DNA of 50,951 bases from positions 1 through 50,951 of the forward strand of contig JBBUGM010000027.1 of the NCBI GenBank assembly GCA_038077975.1, given 5' to 3'. Positions 18,790-27,312 of this stretch are shown in pieces. This DNA is from Patescibacteria group bacterium. Lineage in GTDB: Bacteria; Patescibacteriota; Minisyncoccia; UBA6257; 2-01-FULL-56-20. Position 1 is the stretch's first letter; every line of letters starts with the position of its first letter. A program made the translations under genes and the position numbers. The notes under the pieces are model-generated. The model made no database searches, was not told the origin of the DNA, and worked only from the letters and a program-made list of their open reading frames with translations.

Positions 18790-19790
18790 TTTCCCTGCGG
18801 AGAAGATTCCTTTCCCCCTCCCTTCAGTTTCGATTTGAGTTTTTCGAAAGTTCCACCCGGTAGCTTGTCCACTCTCGCGACGTCTTCCACCTTAAGTCCG
18901 TAAAGTACGTTTGAACCACCCTTTTTAATCTTCGCGTCAGAGGCATATAGCAAACCTGTTTCCGGATCAATGTGGCTAAAGAAACATTCTCGTGGATGCT
19001 TCTCGTTAATATCCCATTTTTCGTACAACTTAATCTTGCTATTCGCATCAATTTCCTTCCCCTCGAATTCCTTGGTTAGGCGTCGTACGGACTCAAAAAT
19101 CTTTTGCCTCAATCCTTTCTCTATATCTTCTAAGCTCCTCGACTTTGAATTCTTTTCCGAAGGATTAGTGACCTCGTTTCTAAGGCGTAAATTCCACGTC
19201 GACTTGCGTTGCAGGGCATCCATTTCCCCCCGCAACTCATCAGACCATTCTGCCGCATCAAAACCCCATTTTTTTCTGCCCGCTTCGAGCGCTTTGACGT
19301 TAAGTTTTTTCCGCTCATCATTAATTTCTTTTCCTTCCTGATCAAGCTCCTCAACTATACTCTCTAAATGCCCCGGCTCAACCGATTCCTCGGTTTCCAT
19401 AAGTCCGGCCTCCTCCTCGCGCATGAAATATTTAATTTCTTGAACCCTACTTTGTAATTTATAAAGGCGTTCTTTTTCTTCAACTGACATCGTCATAAAG
19501 TGATACGGATTTTCCGATTCCGCTAAAAATTTCATATCATCGTCGCTAAAGCCGCCCCTGGCCCTCATGTCTTCATAATCAAGCCACTTATTCAAAGATC
19601 TCTCTACGTTCGTTAAAAGTTCCTTTTTCTGCGTCTCTGTAAGATTTTTCTGCAGGCCGAGCATAATTTTTGCTTCCCTCATCTGCTCGTCAAAAATCTC
19701 CGCCCTTTGCTCGGCGGCAGTTTTCGCCTCGGGTAGCTCAACTTGCGAAAGATCTTCTGTTTCTAAATTTTCCGGTCCTTTTGTCGCCAT
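18786..19790 (-). CDS. Acidic coiled-coil hypothetical protein (334 aa)
   Basis: Long E/K-rich ORF with a promoter directly upstream. Confidence 0.8.
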   Translation of the reverse strand: MATKGPENLETEDLSQVELPEAKTAAEQRAEIFDEQMREAKIMLGLQKNLTETQKKELLTNVERSLNKWLDYEDMRARGGFSDDDMKFLAESENPYHFMTMSVEEKERLYKLQSRVQEIKYFMREEEAGLMETEESVEPGHLESIVEELDQEGKEINDERKKLNVKALEAGRKKWGFDAAEWSDELRGEMDALQRKSTWNLRLRNEVTNPSEKNSKSRSLEDIEKGLRQKIFESVRRLTKEFEGKEIDANSKIKLYEKWDINEKHPRECFFSHIDPETGLLYASDAKIKKGGSNVLYGLKVEDVARVDKLPGGTFEKLKSKLKGGGKESSPQGK

Positions 19791-19798
19791 TTGGTTCT

Positions 19799-19827
19799 AT
19801 TATAACTGCAAAATATCGGAAAATCAA
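19799..19827 (-). promoter_or_regulatory. Promoter, likely leaderless
   Basis: TTGATT-17-TATAAT, then 8 nt to ATG 19790. Confidence 0.65.
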
Positions 19828-19841
19828 CGCCGCGATCGAAA

Positions 19842-20222
19842 TTACACGTTTTCATAATGTCTGATTGCCGGCTGCTTTCCCGGCAAAACCTCGATAGCAA
19901 CAACATCGATCCGCCAGCCCCGCCTTTCGTCTATCGATTCTTGATTCTTGGCGACAAACATTTCGCACGCACGCTTGAATTTCACGAGTTTCGCGGCGGT
20001 TATATTGTCCTCCGGCACAAGTTCCTGGGCAGACGCAAGCGGTCCCATAAAGGTTTTGACCTCGACAAACACCAACGTCTTGTCCTTAGCTCTCGCAACC
20101 ACGTCAATTTCCCCACCCTTAACCCGCCAATTCTGTCGCAAAATGACATAACCTTTATTCGTAAGGTATTCACATGCGATTGATTCTCCTGTTTTTCCTA
20201 GATTATCGGTTTTCTTTGCCAT
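19842..20222 (-). CDS. yraN: YraN (UPF0102) nuclease
   Basis: GKTGESIACEYL, NWRVKGGEIDVV, LVFVEVKT, RIDVVAI. Confidence 0.92.
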   Translation of the reverse strand: MAKKTDNLGKTGESIACEYLTNKGYVILRQNWRVKGGEIDVVARAKDKTLVFVEVKTFMGPLASAQELVPEDNITAAKLVKFKRACEMFVAKNQESIDERRGWRIDVVAIEVLPGKQPAIRHYENV

Positions 20223-20232
20223 CTATGTTGAG

Positions 20233-20581
20233 AAACAAAAATGTTTGTCAGAACCGTTTTTAAGACAAAATATGTTTGTATACAAACATATTTGGAATCA
20301 TTTAATTTGGAATAAACAATTTTTGATTTGCCTCCACAAATTTAAAAATCTATTTTCGTTGTGCATGCTGGAAACTTGGTGAATAATAATTCTACTCGTC
20401 ATTGCGAAGTAGCGAAACGACTGCGGCAATCTCAAAAAAAACAATAGGGTTGCTTCGCTTGATAGCTCGCAATGACCATAAAAAATGCATTATCCGTTGG
20501 CGATGTTTGGTGAATCCACATCTTATTAACATATCATAGTATATTTCATGCTTTTTCGCAACATGACAAACATTTTTGTTT
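20233..20581. repeat. 18-bp perfect inverted repeat pair plus a 26-bp palindrome upstream of yraN
   Basis: aaacaaaaatgtttgtca (20233-20250) / its reverse complement (20564-20581); aaatatgtttgtatacaaacatattt (20268-20293). Confidence 0.8.
20398..20476. repeat. REP-like element, GTCATTGCGA...TCGCAATGAC type
   Basis: 10-bp terminal inverted repeat with inner gcaatc/gttgc arms. Confidence 0.75.
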
Positions 20582-20869
20582 GTTTTATCCGAGATTTTGA
20601 ATTGCCGCATTCTTTGCCGTATAACTGAAAAGCTAGCAAAATTCGAATCCTAGCACTTGACAGTACTTCGCTACCGCATGATTTCTGTGGCGACAAACAA
20701 TCCATTTTGCGCAAGATCGACCCCACTACCTTACTACAATCCCTAATCGCCTCACCCCTATTTTAATATTTTCTTTTAATGCGGCATAGGCACTTGCCAA
20801 CCGATTAACAAGGCCGCAATATAAAACAAAGCTTCGTCTTCGAAATTTAATTATCGAAGCCCAATAAAT

Positions 20870-21211
20870 ATGGACAAACAAAAAATCGAAGATTATAAAA
20901 AACAGCTTGAAAGGGAAAAGTTGCGCCTTCTTGCGGAATTGAACAAAACAGAAAAAGGTGAAGATTATGGCTCGGATGTTGATATCGACGAAGAAACGGA
21001 TGAAGCGGAAAGTTTTTCTGAGGGCCTCGCGATCGGCCAAGGACTTAGAGAGCGCATTAACGAAATCGATTTGGCTCTCAAAAGAATACAAAATGGTAAA
21101 TTCGGCCTTTGTGAAAATTGTGGTAAAGAAATTGAGGAAGACATCTTAAAAATTTCTCCGGAATCTAAGCTTTGCAAAAACTGTAAAAGAAAAAATCACA
21201 TATCAGCATAA
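20870..21211 (+). CDS. TraR/DksA-family C4 zinc-finger protein
   Basis: DEETDEAE coiled-coil tip, ALKRIQNGKFGLCENC...CKNC. Confidence 0.9.
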   Translation: MDKQKIEDYKKQLEREKLRLLAELNKTEKGEDYGSDVDIDEETDEAESFSEGLAIGQGLRERINEIDLALKRIQNGKFGLCENCGKEIEEDILKISPESKLCKNCKRKNHISA

Positions 21212-21300
21212 ATCTGCCAAATCAGCATCTATCAGCGTTTAGAAATAAAATATGCGGCTTAATCGCCGATCTATGCTGATAAAGCTGATTTGTGCTGATG
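21200..21300. repeat. Periodic palindromic element, ATCAGC/GCTGAT family
   Basis: atcagc units on the left arm and gctgat units on the right; atatcagcataaatc is identical at 21200-21214 and 25197-25211. Confidence 0.75.
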
Positions 21301-21310
21301 GATTATATCA

Positions 21311-22849
21311 ATGATAAAAAATCTCTCGCGCGTTTATTCGGCAGAACTTGAGGGGATAAAAGCAAAATTGATAGAAGCTGAGGTCGACTTGAATGTCGGC
21401 CTTCATGCTTTTAATATCGTTGGCCTCGGTGATAAATCGATCAGCGAATCAAAAGAGCGGATAAATTCCGCGCTGAAAAATTCCGGCATCAAACCGCCAA
21501 CGCGCGAGAACAGGAAAATTACCGTTAATCTCGCTCCGGCCGACACCAAGAAACGCGGCTCACAATACGATCTTGCGATCGCTATTGGCTATTTGTTGGC
21601 GACAAAGCAAATCCAGGAATTCGATACGCAAGATAAAATCTTTTTGGGTGAGCTTGCGCTTGATGGTCGTTTGCGATCGATAAACGGCGCCCTGAACATT
21701 GCAGAATTGGCGCGTGAGAAAAAATTTTCTTATTTGCTTTTGCCGCGCGAAAATGCGAATGAAGCCGCCGCCGTGGAAGGAATAAAGGTTATTCCTCTTG
21801 AGAGTTTGGCGGATGCCATTGATTACCTTGAGGGGCGGAAAAACATCAAGCCCGAATCGTTCGAACCGATAACAACCGAAGACGTCCAGGCGCCCGATTT
21901 CTCCGAGATCAAGGGCCAGGAAAACGCGAAAAGGGCAATGATCATTGCCGCGGCAGGAGGGCATAATCTGCTGATGATAGGTCCGCCAGGGGTCGGAAAA
22001 AGCCTGCTGGCGCAAGCATTGATCGGTATCCTGCCGAATCTCACAATCGATGAAGCCATTGAAATTACTAGGGTTTGGAGCGCCGCGGGCCTGGCGCCGG
22101 GCGGACTTGTCAGCCAACGGCCTTTCCGACAGCCGCACCACACGGCGTCGATCGTGGCAATCGTCGGAGGCGGCACAGATCCGAAACCTGGCGAGATAAG
22201 CCTGGCGCACAGGGGGATCCTTTTCGCCGATGAATTGCCGGAGTTTCCTAAAAATGTTCTTGAATCGCTGCGCCAACCACTTGAATCAGGCATGGTGCAC
22301 GTTGCACGCGCAAAACAGTCATTGAAGTTCCCCGCAAAATTCACGCTTATCGCCGCGATGAATCCCTGTCCTTGCGGCTACTACGGCGATCCAGAAAAAG
22401 AATGCAAATGCTCTGCATATGAAGTTATCCGTTATCAGAAAAAGATCTCCGGACCGCTTTTGGATAGGATCGATCTCCAAATCCGCGTAGAAAGAATAGA
22501 TATCGAGAATTTAAGAGGAAAAAAGAAGGTGGAACCGCAAAGCCCCGCGATCAAAAAAGAAATAGAAGTAGCGCGAAAAGTTCAGGCAAAAAGATTTGCC
22601 GCGCATCGTACAACCAAGAACCTCTCTACTAATTCAGAAATGAGTTCAAAACAAACCGAGGACTTAATTGATCTCGAACCGGGCGCAGAAAAGTTTTTGG
22701 ATACACTGGGAAAATCGCGCCTCTCTCCGCGCGGATATTATCGCCTTCTAAAAGTTGCCCGCACTATAGCCGATTTAGAGCACAAAGAAAGGGTCTCGGG
22801 AGAACATTTGGCGGAAGCGTTCAGTTATCGGCTAAGGGAAGAAATATAA
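21311..22849 (+). CDS. comM: ComM/YifB Mg-chelatase-like AAA+ helicase
   Basis: ITVNLAPAD, YDLAIA, GELALDG, GPPGVGKS, PFRQPHHT, GEISLAHRGILFADE, AAMNPCPCG, SGPLLDRID. Confidence 0.95.
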   Translation: MIKNLSRVYSAELEGIKAKLIEAEVDLNVGLHAFNIVGLGDKSISESKERINSALKNSGIKPPTRENRKITVNLAPADTKKRGSQYDLAIAIGYLLATKQIQEFDTQDKIFLGELALDGRLRSINGALNIAELAREKKFSYLLLPRENANEAAAVEGIKVIPLESLADAIDYLEGRKNIKPESFEPITTEDVQAPDFSEIKGQENAKRAMIIAAAGGHNLLMIGPPGVGKSLLAQALIGILPNLTIDEAIEITRVWSAAGLAPGGLVSQRPFRQPHHTASIVAIVGGGTDPKPGEISLAHRGILFADELPEFPKNVLESLRQPLESGMVHVARAKQSLKFPAKFTLIAAMNPCPCGYYGDPEKECKCSAYEVIRYQKKISGPLLDRIDLQIRVERIDIENLRGKKKVEPQSPAIKKEIEVARKVQAKRFAAHRTTKNLSTNSEMSSKQTEDLIDLEPGAEKFLDTLGKSRLSPRGYYRLLKVARTIADLEHKERVSGEHLAEAFSYRLREEI

Positions 22850-22863
22850 AATTTCATTTAAGA

Positions 22864-23793
22864 ATGGAAAAAATTCAAATTGCCGGGGCTTCGCCAGAAG
22901 AAAAGACACGCACCGAGCGCGGGGCGCAAAATTACGATGAAGAGGGGGGGCTTAAACAGATCGAGGGGGAATCGGAGAAAACAGGGCGGGAGAGATGGAT
23001 AATCGAAAAAATAAACGAATATTTAAATAAAGAGCTCTCTCTTTTGGGAATAAAAGAAGGTGTCGCGCTCCCGCAAGAAAATTTCCATTTTCTGTCGCAA
23101 GAAGTTTATAAAAAATTCGCCGCGTCGCAAAAATTTGCAGAAGGCATTAACGCCGAAAATATTCCTGCTTTCTATTCTTCGGATTACGGTGCCGCATATA
23201 TAAACAAAGATCAAGGGACAGATTTACAGCGCTTCGTTCGCTTGTTCCACGAGGCCGTACACAAGGCATCTGCCGTCGTAGCGCACACGAATCTTGATAA
23301 AAAAATATCCCGTAGGCGGCTAGGATACAGAATAACAAGAAATCCGAATGGCGGCGAAGGAGACGCGATTCGGCTTTATGGTTTTAATGAAGCCGTTACC
23401 GAAACCGCGACAAGAGAAATATTAAGCAAGCACAGAAATGAGCTAGAGGGAACGTTGGCAACCGACGAAGAAAAAAGTGATCCGAAATTATTTACTTACG
23501 ATACGGAGCGCTATATTATTGACCTGATAATCCAAAAAATTGCGGAGGCGGACGGCGAAGGTCGGGAGATTGTTTGGAATCGTATAAAACGCGGCTTATT
23601 TACGGGGGAAATGATGCACTTAAGACAAGTTGAGAAAATTTTTGGAAGAAAATCTCTGAAAATGTTGTCCTTGCTCGGAACGAGCGGCGGAAAGCTTTCT
23701 AGAAAGGAAACTACTAAAAAAATTACTGCCTATTTCGAAGCCGACGACACAAACATGCGACAGCAAATAGCCGAGGATCTTCTTGGAGCGTAA
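22864..23793 (+). CDS. Putative zinc metallopeptidase (gluzincin-like)
   Basis: FHEAVH (HExxH) plus downstream GFNEAVTE. Confidence 0.7.
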   Translation: MEKIQIAGASPEEKTRTERGAQNYDEEGGLKQIEGESEKTGRERWIIEKINEYLNKELSLLGIKEGVALPQENFHFLSQEVYKKFAASQKFAEGINAENIPAFYSSDYGAAYINKDQGTDLQRFVRLFHEAVHKASAVVAHTNLDKKISRRRLGYRITRNPNGGEGDAIRLYGFNEAVTETATREILSKHRNELEGTLATDEEKSDPKLFTYDTERYIIDLIIQKIAEADGEGREIVWNRIKRGLFTGEMMHLRQVEKIFGRKSLKMLSLLGTSGGKLSRKETTKKITAYFEADDTNMRQQIAEDLLGA

Positions 23794-23805
23794 TTCTGCT
23801 GACTG

Positions 23806-24063
23806 CTACCCCTTCAAAACATATCCCCTGAGCTTTTCGTCCCATTCAATGTGTCCCTCGCTGACTAGTTTATCGAGCGCGGTTTTTAAGACAACTTCGT
23901 CCACCTCTTTTCCGTGCTGTTTCTTGAAAAATTCTTTGATTTCGGCAACCGTAGCTCCATCCATCTCGTCAAACATTGAAAGGAGAATGTCATCTTCAAA
24001 ACCCGTTTCACCCGTTGTTTTTGGTCCTTTTTCGCCTCCCATAAAAACAGATAAAAATCCCAT
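23806..24063 (-). CDS. Small winged-helix-like protein
   Basis: ATVAEIKEFF...VLKTALDKLVSEGHIEWD...GYVL pattern; 9 nt downstream of the M23 gene. Confidence 0.62.
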   Translation of the reverse strand: MGFLSVFMGGEKGPKTTGETGFEDDILLSMFDEMDGATVAEIKEFFKKQHGKEVDEVVLKTALDKLVSEGHIEWDEKLRGYVLKG

Positions 24064-24072
24064 TTTGCTGAT

Positions 24073-25059
24073 TTATTTCGCAAGCGGGTTCGCCGCGCCA
24101 TAAACCTCAAAGTGCAAGTGGCAGCCGGAAGAATCGCCTGTCTGTCCCATCGTGCCCAAAACTTCTCCTTGCTCAACATAATCGCCGGCGGAAACCGAAA
24201 TTTTCGCCATGTGCGCGTAGCGGGTTCGCACGCCATCGCCAAAAGGATGTTCGATCAAAACGAATCTGCCATAGCCGCCGTTCCAGCCATCGCGCCCATC
24301 GCCGAAGCTGGAGTCGGGAATTACAAGGCCTTCCGCCGCGGCGCGTATCGGGGTGCCGCAAACATTTGCAACGTCAACTGCGTTATAGTTGTGAAGCCGT
24401 CCCCAGTTAAATCCTTCCGCGGGTCGCGTGAAGTGGTCTCCGAAACTTGGGAGTGAAGCGGATTTGTTCTGAACCAAATTGAAACTTTTTGCTCCCGGGA
24501 TTATTAAAGAAATTCCGACTCCCAAACTTCCGAAATCAATGCCTTCGTTATATTGGATTATTTGACTTTCGGAAACGCTGAAATACGCCGAGATCGATTC
24601 AAGCGTGTCGCCGTCCTTCGTGGTGTAAACGACGCCCGAAACCGGCAAAACGTTAAGCTCGTCTCCCGCCTTGATGAATCGCGCCCGAATTCCCGGGTTC
24701 GCGTTAATAAGCGTTTCAAGCGATACGCCGAAGTAAGCGGCGATGCCGGAAAGCGTGTCTCCCGCTTGCACTCTGTAGACCAAAAGATTCCCGCGGCTCT
24801 CGGGGCCGATCGGCTGGCCGGGATCGGAAATCTGGCCCGAAGAAAGGTCGGCGTCGGGATCGCCATAGCCGCCATCAAGAACGTTTATGAATATCGAAGA
24901 CCTGTTATAAAGCTCGAATTCCGGCGGAGAGTAGGCGACATCTTCTTCTGCGACCGCTTCCGGTCCTCCTAAAACCCCATATTCTTCACCCGAAGAAACA
25001 CTTGCGGAGGACGCAAAAAAGCCGACGAGGAAAAGCGCCCCTAGCAAAAAAAGAGCCAT
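24073..25059 (-). CDS. LysM-domain M23 peptidase
   Basis: Two LysM repeats (YRVQAGDTLSGIA, YTTKDGDTLESIS), HNYNAVD, YAHM, GCHLHFEV; start uncertain, but the TTG at 25143 lies upstream of a TG-TATAGT -10, so ATG 25059 is preferred. Confidence 0.88.
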   Translation of the reverse strand: MALFLLGALFLVGFFASSASVSSGEEYGVLGGPEAVAEEDVAYSPPEFELYNRSSIFINVLDGGYGDPDADLSSGQISDPGQPIGPESRGNLLVYRVQAGDTLSGIAAYFGVSLETLINANPGIRARFIKAGDELNVLPVSGVVYTTKDGDTLESISAYFSVSESQIIQYNEGIDFGSLGVGISLIIPGAKSFNLVQNKSASLPSFGDHFTRPAEGFNWGRLHNYNAVDVANVCGTPIRAAAEGLVIPDSSFGDGRDGWNGGYGRFVLIEHPFGDGVRTRYAHMAKISVSAGDYVEQGEVLGTMGQTGDSSGCHLHFEVYGAANPLAK

Positions 25060-25144
25060 TACAAGTGGCTTTTTATCCTTATTAAATTGACCTAAGATTG
25101 TACTGATAACTTGACTATAGCACATCGTTATTCCGAGGAACAAC

Positions 25145-25238
25145 GCGCGGATTTATGCGGATTTGCGTCCGCTCACGGCCGCTGATACGTGCGGAAATAT
25201 CAGCATAAATCGGTTAAAATCAGCATTAATCAGCGCAA
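25145..25238. repeat. Periodic palindromic element (GCGGAT/ATCAGC family) before pcrA
   Basis: gcggattt units followed by atcagc units; homologous to 21200-21237. Confidence 0.7.
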
Positions 25239-25239
25239 C

Positions 25240-27312
25240 ATGCAAGACCTAAATCCACAACAAAAAAAGGCGGCCGAGGCGGCGGTCGGGCCGCTTATAA
25301 TAGTGGCCGGCGCCGGAACCGGAAAAACGCGCACATTAACGCACCGCATCATTCATTTAATAAATGAAGGGGTGCCGCCCGAGAGGGTCTGCGCGATAAC
25401 CTTCACGAATAAAGCGGCGGAAGAAATGCGTTCACGCATTTCTTTATCAACGAATAACGAATCAATTGCGAATAAACGAATTCGTAAATTCGAAACAAAT
25501 TTGTTATTCGCTGATTTGCCTTTTATAGGCACCTTCCACTCTCTTGGCGCGAAAATTTTACGGAAAGAAGCGCGCGCCCTTGGTCGAGCGCCGAACTTCG
25601 TTATTTTCGATAGCGACGATTCTTTTTCGCTCATTAAAAGAATCGTTAAAAAATTTTTCCCGAAAGAAGATCACAAAAAAGTTCTTCGACAAGCTCAGGA
25701 TAAAAAATCTCCGGCGTATTTCGCAAGAAAGATCGGTGAGATAAAAAATTTATATAATGCTGATGGCGATGATTATCGCCTGAGCGAACGGAGCGAGTCG
25801 AAGGCCAACCATCTAAAAACCCTTCGACAAGCTCAGGGAATAAACTGTGTTAAAATTTATAACGAATACGAGAACGAATTGAAAAAAAATAATGCATTCG
25901 ATTTTGATGACCTTATCGAAAAACCGGTTTCGCTTTTCGAAAAACATCCGGAGATCCTTGAAAAATATCAGAAAAAATTTGACGCCATCCTTGTCGACGA
26001 ATATCAAGATGTGAATCCGAAGCAATATGATTTCGTGCGCTTGCTTTCCGGCGGTCACAGAAACTTGAGCGTAGTAGGGGACGATGAGCAGATGATCTAT
26101 GGCTGGAGATATGCCGATGTAAAAATATTTTTGAATTTCGACCGTGATTGGCCTGGCGCGCAAATCGCATTCCTCGAAGAAAATTATCGTTCGACCGCGA
26201 ACATCATCAATGCCGCGGCCGCCGTCGCGAAAAATAATTTATTGCGGACACCGAAAACCCTTTGGACAAAAAGCGAGGCCGGCGCTCCGATAAAGATCAT
26301 CGAGATTGCGGATGAAGAGCAGGAAGCGGAATATATCGCGCGGGCAATATATAATGCCGATGATGCGGACGGAAACAATGCGGATGATGCCGATAACCAT
26401 CCGCAACATCCGCATAAAACATTCGTAGATCCGCATTATGAAAGCATCGCCGTGCTCTATAGGACCAACGCCCAGTCGCGGGCGCTAGAACAGGCGCTTA
26501 TCCGGCACCAAATTCCCTATAAGATATTCGGCGGAGTGCGGTTTTACGAGAGAAAAGAGATCAAGGATATAATTGCTGCCTTGCGCTGGGTTTTTAATCC
26601 GAAAGACACGATAAGCCGCGAAAGATTGGAGAAAAACCTGCCGAAATTCAAGTTTCGGGCGCTTGAAGACGCCCTAATTGAAACCAAAAATGAGCTCGCC
26701 GCGCCAAAGACGAACGGCGGAGGCGGGCTACCGACAGAACTTATCAAGACGTTTCTCGAAGCAACCGATTACCTCGAATATCTTGACAGGAGCTACTTAA
26801 ACGCCGAGGAAAGGCGGGAGAACATCAAGGAATTGGTGGGGTTTGCCGCCGGATTTGATGACTTGGAACGTTTTTTGGAAGAAGTGGCGCTGGTGCAACC
26901 CCTCGATCAATCTGGCGACAACAATAAAAATCGGGGTATCATCCAAAAAAATCAAGAAAATCATTCGGGGCATTCGGATGTATTTGTAGATTCGGATCGC
27001 GGCAGGTGGCCGGAGGTCCACCTGATGACCATCCACCTTGCGAAGGGGCTGGAGTTCGATCGCGTATTCATCGCCGGTTGCTCCGAGGGATTAATGCCCC
27101 ATGCGATGTCTATGGACAAGAGCGAACAACTCGAAGAAGAGAGGCGGCTGATGTACGTCGCGATGACGCGCGCGAAAAAAGAATTGAATATCAGTTTCTA
27201 CAACATTCCGTCGCGATTTATCGGCGAAATCCCGCAGGAACTTGCCGAATATAAAACCGCCGCGGATAATGCGGCGGGAAACGAAGAGGAGGAAATCGTT
27301 TTCTTGGATTAA
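25240..27312 (+). CDS. pcrA: SF1 helicase PcrA/UvrD with several repeat-derived insertions
   Basis: GAGTGKT, TFTNKAA, DEYQD, VGDDEQ, LEENYRS, LYRTNAQS, AKGLEF, EERRLMYVAMTRAK; ATG 25240. Confidence 0.95.
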   Translation: MQDLNPQQKKAAEAAVGPLIIVAGAGTGKTRTLTHRIIHLINEGVPPERVCAITFTNKAAEEMRSRISLSTNNESIANKRIRKFETNLLFADLPFIGTFHSLGAKILRKEARALGRAPNFVIFDSDDSFSLIKRIVKKFFPKEDHKKVLRQAQDKKSPAYFARKIGEIKNLYNADGDDYRLSERSESKANHLKTLRQAQGINCVKIYNEYENELKKNNAFDFDDLIEKPVSLFEKHPEILEKYQKKFDAILVDEYQDVNPKQYDFVRLLSGGHRNLSVVGDDEQMIYGWRYADVKIFLNFDRDWPGAQIAFLEENYRSTANIINAAAAVAKNNLLRTPKTLWTKSEAGAPIKIIEIADEEQEAEYIARAIYNADDADGNNADDADNHPQHPHKTFVDPHYESIAVLYRTNAQSRALEQALIRHQIPYKIFGGVRFYERKEIKDIIAALRWVFNPKDTISRERLEKNLPKFKFRALEDALIETKNELAAPKTNGGGGLPTELIKTFLEATDYLEYLDRSYLNAEERRENIKELVGFAAGFDDLERFLEEVALVQPLDQSGDNNKNRGIIQKNQENHSGHSDVFVDSDRGRWPEVHLMTIHLAKGLEFDRVFIAGCSEGLMPHAMSMDKSEQLEEERRLMYVAMTRAKKELNISFYNIPSRFIGEIPQELAEYKTAADNAAGNEEEEIVFLD

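Noticed and set aside
20233-20293. LexA boxes upstream of yraN
   Set aside because: The spacing (AAAC-N6-GTTT) does not match the GAAC-N4-GTTC type, so it is kept only as an unassigned operator-like motif.
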